Origin: a virus
Taxonomy: Duplodnaviria; Caudoviricetes
IMG/VR virus record: IMGVR_UViG_3300044641_000792
Span: 1 to 58,442 of that record
Strand: one strand, 5' to 3'
Length of the DNA stretch: 58,442 nt
Below, piece by piece: positions 29,573 through 36,387 of the stretch (within the stretch, counting starts at the first letter, position 1; every line of letters begins with the position of its first letter). The position numbers and the translations under genes are program-made. The notes below the pieces were generated by a model. The model ran no database searches. It was not told where the DNA came from and saw nothing but the letters and a program-made list of their open reading frames with translations.

Positions 29573-30021
29573 TTAATTCCTCTCAGCGACCATCCCAGTT
29601 GGAAGTAGTGCCATTTAGTTTGTATGTTGGGGTTTGTGTAACGCTTGCCGTTCCACAACTCCGCCACTTGCTTGGACTTCGTAGCCATAAAAGACTCAAA
29701 GACTTGCCTCACATCCATTAATTCCGTTTTCATTCTCTGCCCTTCCAAAAGTTAACCTCTTTCTGATAGTGACAGACCAGCTCTTCTAGCATATCTATGT
29801 ACTTGCTATTCCAAGCTAGCTTGTCACGCATTTCTTTCATTGCCTCTGTTTCAAGTGACGGGTCGCAGATTTGTGCGCCCAACAACCCGCGCAATACCAT
29901 TTGTTCTGACTCATTTGGATACCGCCCTCCGGTACTTTCATCTCGTTGCATTTGTTGCACTCCTTTGTTTGATGGACTGGCTGTTTCCCGCCAATTGATA
30001 GTTGTTGTTTAACGAATCCGT

Positions 30022-30264
30022 TCATTTCTTCATGCCCCTTACATAGGCCGCGAAGCTAGCCGTTGTATCCCCGCCGTTCTTCATGCCGTCAAACTCTTTA
30101 GCCACCTCCTCTAGGGCATCGTTCCTGATCTTGTTGGAGATGGGGTCTAGCTGACGTTGGATCATCTGCCGCTTACGCCAACCCAGTGCCCGCTCCCAAA
30201 TGTTTAATTCGTACTTAGCTTCAATAGCTTTTACGTCTTCTGGTGTGTGTGTTCTGCTTGTCAT
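30022..30264 (-). CDS. Hypothetical protein
   Basis: IRNDALEEVAKEFD. Confidence 0.55.
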   Translation of the reverse strand: MTSRTHTPEDVKAIEAKYELNIWERALGWRKRQMIQRQLDPISNKIRNDALEEVAKEFDGMKNGGDTTASFAAYVRGMKK

Positions 30265-30566
30265 GCTAACTCCGGAAATGCTTTATTTACCATTGCCATA
30301 ATTCGGTCATTCCTTTCTTTTAACTTGGCCGACCTTGCAAGGATCGGGGCAAACAACCAAGCCCTTGTTTTGTTGTAACTAAGTTTTCTCAAGGTTCTTT
30401 TTCGGTTTGTTCTTACTTTCATTTTGTTTCCTGTATTCAATTACCTCATTTAACAACCGCTCCATCTCATCAGCCGCCATCAAGTGAAACGGACTGATCG
30501 GTTTATGACTGGCTATTGAGCGCATCATGCCGATGGTTGTTCGTGCAGTTGTTTCACTCAAGGGCT

Positions 30567-31199
30567 TCATGCGCTCTTCTCCTTTATGTCGTAAAACCAA
30601 TCCTCCCCAGCCGACCATTTTCGGGTGCCGTCTACTGTCCACAAAGTCTTTGCCGCTTGAAAGTCAGGGAACTTTGTCTCAGCAGGAATTAAACTTTGGT
30701 CGTACCACAGGCACCGATTGTTTGGCTGACAAGCAAACTGCCCGTTATCAAGGGCAATCCAATTAAAAGACTTGTGCTCCTCGGCTTGCTCAGTAAACCC
30801 AGTGTCCAAGTCCATACCTTCGGCGCAGAAGTCCACAGTAAACAGGTAACGACCAAAGTGCCACTCCCTGTCTTTACCCAAGAACTTCACGCCCAAATTA
30901 CGCAAGCCAATCTTTTCAATGATTGTGAAGCGGTAGCCCATGCAGTCCCAAAGCTGAAGCGTATCGACTGGCAGATCGCCATGCTCCTCTTGCCACACAT
31001 AGGCGTGGATAGGTAGCTTGTCGTACAACGCGCCATAAGCTGGGAGCAAAGACTCAATGCGGAACACTTGCCCGCGCAAAGCTTTTAAACTAACCCAAAC
31101 CGCAGGCTCCAACTCGCCATGACCCTTTTGAAAGTTGTAAAGAAACTCTTTACGAACAAAACATTTAAGGGGCGGTAGTGATGCCACGATGTAGCTCAT
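30567..31199 (-). CDS. Conserved phage hypothetical protein
   Basis: GALYDKLPIHA, LQLWDC, YLFTVD, EHKSFN, NGQFACQPNNR. Confidence 0.7.
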   Translation of the reverse strand: MSYIVASLPPLKCFVRKEFLYNFQKGHGELEPAVWVSLKALRGQVFRIESLLPAYGALYDKLPIHAYVWQEEHGDLPVDTLQLWDCMGYRFTIIEKIGLRNLGVKFLGKDREWHFGRYLFTVDFCAEGMDLDTGFTEQAEEHKSFNWIALDNGQFACQPNNRCLWYDQSLIPAETKFPDFQAAKTLWTVDGTRKWSAGEDWFYDIKEKSA

Positions 31200-31432
31200 G
31201 TGTTCTTCTCCTTAAGCTTGGCTTCACGCCACTTGCCAATAGATCCAAGATTCTTGTCGCATTGTTTGCAGATAGCATCACAAGCCATAGTTTCGTTAAC
31301 TCCACCATCGTGCTTGCATCTTGATTGCCTCCACGCTTGTCTTGCATAAACAACACCAACAACCAACAAGAAAGCGGCAAGTGCAATCAATCCAAACACA
31401 TCGCCAAAAGTAATTACAAATACAGGGGTCAT
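31196..31432 (-). CDS. Small membrane protein with Cys cluster
   Basis: TM segment plus CKH...CKQC. Confidence 0.5.
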   Translation of the reverse strand: MTPVFVITFGDVFGLIALAAFLLVVGVVYARQAWRQSRCKHDGGVNETMACDAICKQCDKNLGSIGKWREAKLKEKNT

Positions 31433-31592
31433 GTGTTCTTCTCCTTGAGCGCCCTTTGAATCACCCTAGCAAACGCTATCTCACGCTCGCTTCTGCCACC
31501 TTCTGCGTAAAACCCGTTGAGCAGTTCTAATATCTCGTTACGCGTTAGGTCAACCCAAGGGCGAACGTAGTCTTGGATGTCATCGTCATCAG

Positions 31593-31820
31593 TCATGCTT
31601 GTCCCCTTGCTCGGATGTCGTTCACAATTTCAAATGCCCATACTGGTGACGTATATTGATAAGCCTCGTTTAAAACAATCTTTGCACACGCCTCACGCTC
31701 ATGCTCAATGGCTAAGTTGACCAATGCAACCAAGTGCGGGGTTGATACAGTCCACGTCGTGTAGTGCTTGTTCTCTTGCACCACTTTGTGTAGTGCATCT
31801 AGGATTTCATCTTGTGTCAT
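31593..31820 (-). CDS. Hypothetical protein (EREACAK...IRARG family)
   Basis: Common phage motif. Confidence 0.6.
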   Translation of the reverse strand: MTQDEILDALHKVVQENKHYTTWTVSTPHLVALVNLAIEHEREACAKIVLNEAYQYTSPVWAFEIVNDIRARGQA

Positions 31821-32164
31821 CGCCCCTCCTTTTGTAGATTAGTGTGCCATTATACACTAAATCACAGCTAAGTACAGAGAAGTTCAATAGTACTTACCCG
31901 TAGCCTGTAAAAAGGCATAGGTTCCCCAAGGGTGAGAAGCTCTCTCCCTCTCCCAGCGAAGCTCACTTGGGGCTTGCCTAGAGTACGCAGAACGTAGCGA
32001 TTCGTCGATAGAGGTCTTGTCTCACCATGTCCCTCTATCTTGCCCAGTCCCTCGCTAACAGGCTGGACGGCGTTTCCTGGGGGTGTAGCCAGTGCCGGTG
32101 TTCTCTTCCGCGCCACCCATGCAGGTGCTTGATACGTTCGGAGTACGGCTGTCGAGGGAGGAGA

Positions 32165-32255
32165 AACTAAGTCGGCTCACATAAAGCAGTGTAGCTTTTG
32201 CATTTCGTCTGACTTTAAAATCTGCGGAGGCGCTAACCCACCGCCCGACCTAGTT
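32165..32255 (-). ncRNA. Structured ncRNA unit B (GTTAGCG-loop / TGCTTTAT-loop scaffold, 31-nt variable insert)
   Basis: 11-bp closing stem and two hairpins; paralog of 32426..32509. Confidence 0.6.
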
Positions 32256-32263
32256 CCTGAAAC

Positions 32264-32354
32264 AAAAAAGCCACTTACAACTGCCCCGTCGAAGTTCCCC
32301 TAAACGGGGCGAGGCATGTGTAAATGGCTTTAGAGTGTTGACTTCGACGACAAC
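32264..32354 (-). ncRNA. Attenuator-like leader: hairpin plus long terminator stem with 9-nt loop complementarity (c4/a1b1-like)
   Basis: AAAGCCATTTACA...TGTAAGTGGCTTTTTTG stem; CGTCGAAGT/ACTTCGACG pairing. Confidence 0.55.
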
Positions 32355-32360
32355 GAGCGG

Positions 32361-32389
32361 AATATACCAAACGCTAATAGGCTTGTCAA
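32361..32389 (-). promoter_or_regulatory. Sigma70 promoter TTGACA-N17-TATATT
   Basis: Near-consensus; faces the replication operon. Confidence 0.8.
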
Positions 32390-32425
32390 GAGGTTTCAAA
32401 TACGACACGGTGTCGCTTTTGAAGA

Positions 32426-32509
32426 TGTTGGTGGGCACATGAAGCAGTGTTTGTGTAAAAACCGAACTAAGGAAAAATACAAGCGGCGCTAACCCGCTTA
32501 CCACCAACA
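32426..32509 (-). ncRNA. Structured ncRNA unit A (same scaffold as unit B, 30-nt variable insert)
   Basis: 9-bp closing stem TGTTGGTGG/CCACCAACA; AAGCGG-GTTAGCG-CCGCTT; CAC-TGCTTCAT-GTG. Confidence 0.6.
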
Positions 32510-32618
32510 CGACTGGAGACTGTAGCCAGAGAGCAGGCGTTCACACTCTTAACCTGACTGGCATTCGCTGAATATAATCAACGGGCCTGTGCCTCAATCC
32601 CCATGCGTGATGCCTCTG

Positions 32619-32647
32619 AAAAAAGTGGCCCCAGTTACGGAGCCACT
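32619..32647 (-). terminator. Intrinsic terminator of a putative antisense sRNA
   Basis: AGTGGCTCC-GTAACT-GGGGCCACT followed by a T-tract. Confidence 0.7.
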
Positions 32648-32701
32648 AAAACCAATCAAAGGAAACAAGCAACTTACAACCCAGCCCTCTGGCATGCCTC
32701 A

Positions 32702-32730
32702 ATACTAACCACAATTTTCTAGGATTTCAA
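32702..32730 (-). promoter_or_regulatory. Sigma70-like promoter TTGAAA-N17-TAGTAT
   Basis: Lies in the 3' end of the VRR-NUC gene, upstream of the ncRNA cluster. Confidence 0.55.
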
Positions 32731-32992
32731 GAGCCTCTTCAGGAGAATTTACAACCACGCACAAGCCACCCTCCCACTCATTGAAGAACTTCTGCTCCGC
32801 CTCGGTCAGCTTCCTCGCAGACGGAACCTTGCCCCCGTCCTTAACTTCCATCAGGATCGTGAACCCCCTGTACCCAACCAAGAGATCAGGTATTCCATCC
32901 CCCTGAGAGATGATTCGCACGACCGCGCCCACCTTACGCATGGCATCTACGATCTGGTTCTGGTTCGCATCTATTCTGTTGGCGTATCTCAT
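32705..32992 (-). CDS. VRR-NUC / PD-(D/E)XK nuclease (resolvase-like)
   Basis: GIPDLLVGYRG...MEVKDG...LTEAEQKF. Confidence 0.75.
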   Translation of the reverse strand: MRYANRIDANQNQIVDAMRKVGAVVRIISQGDGIPDLLVGYRGFTILMEVKDGGKVPSARKLTEAEQKFFNEWEGGLCVVVNSPEEALEILENCG

Positions 32993-33029
32993 AAAGCTCC
33001 TGTCTGATACAAATATTTTATCATACCTG

Positions 33030-33057
33030 TTGCAAGTTACAATGTATCAGGTATAAT
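33030..33057 (+). promoter_or_regulatory. Sigma70 promoter TTGCAA-N16-TATAAT driving the repeat array and RAMP operon
   Basis: Perfect -10 at 33052..33057; predicted TSS ~33063. Confidence 0.75.
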
Positions 33058-33084
33058 CGGCACCAACCTAACTGGTTTTGATAC

Positions 33085-33433
33085 GGCGCGGTTCGGCTGG
33101 GTAACGTTCGGCTGGGTATGGCAGAGCAAGGACTGGTCTGGCATGGTTCGGCGTGGGAGGGCAAGGGCTGACAACAGCCGATTGAGCATTCTAAAGAGTG
33201 TTCCTTCGAGTGTGAGGCAAGGAAGGGAGCGGCGGGGATGGGCAGGGTCGGGCACGGAAAGGTGCGGCACGGAACTAGAAATAGTCGATAGGGTATTGGC
33301 AACAGTACCACTTCGAGTGTTATGGCATGACGAGGAGAGGCATGGAAAGGTCAGGTCAGGCGGGGACAGGCAAGGGCTAATGTAGCGGCTATCAGATTGG
33401 CAACAGTCTTATGGTCGATGCAAAGTGTGCATC
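33085..33433 (+). ncRNA. Array of three GG(Y/A)NN pentamer-repeat RNA units separated by conserved hairpins (candidate guide RNAs)
   Basis: Tracts 33085..33169 (17 pentamers), 33216..33275 (12) and 33324..33378 (11); 37 of 40 begin with GG; each tract is followed by two hairpins; shared linker CTTCGAGTGT. Confidence 0.8.
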
Positions 33434-33448
33434 AATCAAAGGAAAAAA

Positions 33449-34018
33449 ATGAAATCTATTAAAGTAAAAATCGCAGGATCATCCCCTCTTCTCATGCACT
33501 CTGATCGCTTTGCGAACCCGTTAGACCCACTAACCAAGGCTCACAAAGAGATGACTGGCAAGCGCAAGAAAACTGACGATGACTTTATCGCCATTGCCAA
33601 GAGTGAATTTATTGGTGGCTGTTACTGGAACGAAGACACCGGCTTCTTTATTCCTTCACAGAACCTGGACTCATGCCTGATCGCGGCGGCTAAGCTTCAG
33701 AAGCTTGGCGTTAAATTCAAGCAAGGCATAGTGGTATTAGAAGACGAGCTACCCCTAGACGGTTTTAAAAACATGACACCAGAGAAGCTTTGGGAAAACC
33801 CAAAGAACGTCGATGCCCGTGGCGTGAAGGTCGGCATGGCTAAGATCATGCGCTACCGACCCATCTTCCGCAATTGGTCACTGTCTGCCACGGTGATGGT
33901 GAATGAAGACGTAGTTAACCTCAATGAAGTTAAAAAGGCTATGGTTGATGCCGGTGATTTGATTGGCTTGGGTGACTACCGCCCCCGCTTTGGCCGTTTC
34001 AAGGTTGAGTTTGCATGA
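33449..34018 (+). CDS. Stand-alone Cas7/RAMP-like RNA-binding protein
   Basis: N-terminal IKVKIAGSSPLLMH, FFIPSQNLDSCL, RYRPIFRNWSL and C-terminal Gly-rich loop GDLIGLGDYRPRFGRFKV; AAAGGA RBS before ATG at 33449. Confidence 0.75.
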   Translation: MKSIKVKIAGSSPLLMHSDRFANPLDPLTKAHKEMTGKRKKTDDDFIAIAKSEFIGGCYWNEDTGFFIPSQNLDSCLIAAAKLQKLGVKFKQGIVVLEDELPLDGFKNMTPEKLWENPKNVDARGVKVGMAKIMRYRPIFRNWSLSATVMVNEDVVNLNEVKKAMVDAGDLIGLGDYRPRFGRFKVEFA

Positions 34019-34494
34019 GCGATACAAAGCTTTATCCCGCTTGGAAACAGGCGGTCAGAACGCTACTGGACAACGGACTCACATACGGAAGTGTGCTCAA
34101 GCGTAGCTACATTTCCGAGCTATGCGAAGTTCCTAAGCCAGTCGATATTGATGATGTTCGCCGCTACGATTTAGAAGTGTTGCGGTGCATTACCGAGATC
34201 AAAGACATACTGCTTACAGCCCACTGTATGCTGATGGTCAGCGACCACGCGGGTAACTACATCATCATTGAACCTGAATCCCAAACTCAACACGCCGTTG
34301 ACATAGGGGTCAAAGCAATCAGCCGAGAGATGAAGCGCATGGCTATGGGCGTGAGCTTCACCAAGACTGAACTACTCACAGACGAAGGCCGAAAGAAAAA
34401 CGCAGATGCTCAGGCCAAGATCTCAAAGCTAGCCGGAATGCTAAGCATTGAGAAGCGCGAACTTCAACAAATAGCAGATAGGAGTCAGCCATGA
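34015..34494 (+). CDS. Hypothetical protein coupled to the RAMP gene (possible wHTH plus coiled coil)
   Basis: ATGA overlap with the RAMP stop; helical C-terminus. Confidence 0.65.
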   Translation: MSDTKLYPAWKQAVRTLLDNGLTYGSVLKRSYISELCEVPKPVDIDDVRRYDLEVLRCITEIKDILLTAHCMLMVSDHAGNYIIIEPESQTQHAVDIGVKAISREMKRMAMGVSFTKTELLTDEGRKKNADAQAKISKLAGMLSIEKRELQQIADRSQP

Positions 34495-35387
34495 AATTCA
34501 CAAACAAGTTCAACTTACCGCAGACATTTGTCAATGTCATTCACCGCCCGACCTACTCTAAAGGTAAGGCGCACATCTCTGCCACAGAGATCATCAACTC
34601 ACCCCGTATCGTTCAGCTTAAGAAGAAATACTGGGACGAGATAGAACAAGACGCAAGCGAGATGGTCTGGTCACTGTTCGGCTCTGCCGTCCACAATATT
34701 CTTGAACATGGTAAAGGCGACAACCACGTAGTCGAAGAGCGACTGCACCTAGAGTTTGAGGGATGGCGTATCTCAGGTGCTATTGACCTACAAGAAGTAG
34801 AACCCAATGGCACGATCACCATCTCAGATTACAAAGTCACAGGTGCATGGGCAGTGATGAATGAGAAGGATGACTGGCACCGCCAACTGAATATCTATGC
34901 GTGGATGGTAGAGAAGGTTAAGAAGGTACCCGTTGGGAAGCTTCAGATTATTGCCATCATTCGTGACTGGTCTGCCCGCGATGCTCAGACCAAAGAGAAC
35001 TACCCGAACTCGCCAGTCGCGACCATTGACATTCCCCTTTGGTCATTTGAAGAGCGCGAGAAGTTTATGACCAAGCGCATCTACGAACACGGAACCGCCC
35101 TCTTTGAGATGGAGACTGACGGCGACCTGCCTGACTGCACCGCCGAAGAGATGTGGGAAAAGAAAACTAGCTACGCCTTGAAGAAGGATGGCAACGTCAG
35201 AGCCAAGAGTGTTCACGAGACACAAGAGGCGGCAGAAGAAGCCTTAGTCAAAGCCCTCGGCACGGCTAAGAAGAACGAAGGATTCTCTATTGAGATCCGT
35301 CAGGGTGAGAGAACACGTTGCAAAAGCTACTGCCAAGTTGCGCCGTTCTGTAACCAATACCAAAACTATATGAAGGAAATGCCATGA
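34491..35387 (+). CDS. PD-(D/E)XK exonuclease (Cas4-like/RecB family)
   Basis: ISATEI, FGSAVHNILE, ISGAIDL, ISDYKVT, QLNIY; C-terminal C...CKSYC.....C. Confidence 0.8.
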   Translation: MKFTNKFNLPQTFVNVIHRPTYSKGKAHISATEIINSPRIVQLKKKYWDEIEQDASEMVWSLFGSAVHNILEHGKGDNHVVEERLHLEFEGWRISGAIDLQEVEPNGTITISDYKVTGAWAVMNEKDDWHRQLNIYAWMVEKVKKVPVGKLQIIAIIRDWSARDAQTKENYPNSPVATIDIPLWSFEEREKFMTKRIYEHGTALFEMETDGDLPDCTAEEMWEKKTSYALKKDGNVRAKSVHETQEAAEEALVKALGTAKKNEGFSIEIRQGERTRCKSYCQVAPFCNQYQNYMKEMP

Positions 35388-36088
35388 GCGCACACAAGAA
35401 ACTAATGCAAGCTAGGGTCAAGCTCCAGTCTACCGAGATGAAGAAGTCAGGACTGAATAAGTTCGCGGGCTATAGCTACTTTGAACTGGGTGACTTTATC
35501 CCCCACATTCAAACAATCTTTAACGAAGTAGGTCTGTGCGGCGTGGTGTCGTTTGATACCGCCCAAGCTACCCTATGTATCACCGACACAGAAGACGGCT
35601 CACAGATCGTTGTGACCTCTCCTATGGCCGAGGCTAACCTGAAGGGTGCTCACCCCATCCAAAATTTGGGCGCGGTTTTGTCTTACCAACGTCGCTATCT
35701 TTGGATGGCCGCCATGGAAATTGTGGAACATGACATCATTGACTCCGGCCCTGCCGCCGAACCTAAGCCAGAACCTAAACCTGAGTCCAAGCCCGCACCA
35801 AAGCTAAAGGCAACAGGCAAGCCCCCTGCATTGATAGAGGGCAAGGACGAAATGGAACACTGGTACTTGAAGGTAACGACAGAACCAGGCACATCCATTG
35901 AAGAGTGGGCTCGCCTTGTAACAGATATGACGAAGTTGGGATTGGAGCAGATCGGGTCAGAGGCTGACATCATGAAGCTCTTCACTCTCAACAGAGTCAT
36001 ATTCGACAGACTCAAAGCCGAAGACGAAGTAAGTCACAAAGCTTTGATGGCTGAATTTAAAAACGCTAAAGAAAAATTGAAAGGTTAA
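35384..36088 (+). CDS. ERF-family single-strand annealing protein
   Basis: KSGLNKFAGYSYFELGD and QNLGAVLSYQRRY ERF motifs. Confidence 0.8.
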   Translation: MSAHKKLMQARVKLQSTEMKKSGLNKFAGYSYFELGDFIPHIQTIFNEVGLCGVVSFDTAQATLCITDTEDGSQIVVTSPMAEANLKGAHPIQNLGAVLSYQRRYLWMAAMEIVEHDIIDSGPAAEPKPEPKPESKPAPKLKATGKPPALIEGKDEMEHWYLKVTTEPGTSIEEWARLVTDMTKLGLEQIGSEADIMKLFTLNRVIFDRLKAEDEVSHKALMAEFKNAKEKLKG

Positions 36089-36090
36089 TC

Positions 36091-36372
36091 ATGTCTCAAT
36101 ACCCAAACTCAGGAATGCTCGGCAAGGCTAAGCAACCTAAAGTAAATCCTAAGTCTCCCGACTACACCGGCCACATTGACATTGACATCTCCCTCTTGAA
36201 GGAGATGATTGAAGAAGCCAAAGCTGAGCAAGCTGACTCCGTGAAGATCAAGCTCGGTGCTTGGATCAAAGAGGGTCAATACGGGAAGTTCTTCAGCATC
36301 AAGATTAGTACATACAAGAAGCCTGATGCCGCGCCAGCCCCTAAGATTGACGACGAAGATGTGCCATTTTAG
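36091..36372 (+). CDS. Putative ssDNA-binding protein
   Basis: PDYTGHI...LGAWIKE...FFSIKI and acidic tail DDEDVPF. Confidence 0.65.
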   Translation: MSQYPNSGMLGKAKQPKVNPKSPDYTGHIDIDISLLKEMIEEAKAEQADSVKIKLGAWIKEGQYGKFFSIKISTYKKPDAAPAPKIDDEDVPF

Positions 36373-36387
36373 TACTAAAGTATTAAA

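Noticed and set aside
32165-32509. tRNA genes
   Set aside because: Cloverleaf-like, but no TTCRA T-loop or 7-nt anticodon arm, so recorded as unknown ncRNAs.
32250-32510. 86-aa minus-strand ORF
   Set aside because: It spans a consensus promoter and several RNA stems and lacks an RBS; more likely non-coding.
33085-33378. Simple microsatellite or G-quadruplex explanation
   Set aside because: Adjacent units rarely repeat their NN, and the tracts are bounded by conserved hairpins next to a RAMP gene. Two-tier G4 formation cannot be excluded but does not explain the strict phase.
33021-33385. ORFs 33021..33311(-), 33037..33270(-) and 33143..33385(+)
   Set aside because: Their Pro/Arg/Gly-rich translations are by-products of the 5-nt GG repeat; they have no RBS, and period 5 is not codon-compatible.
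33085-33433. Canonical CRISPR array
   Set aside because: There are no identical 23-47 bp repeats with unique spacers and no cas1/cas2; the architecture is different.
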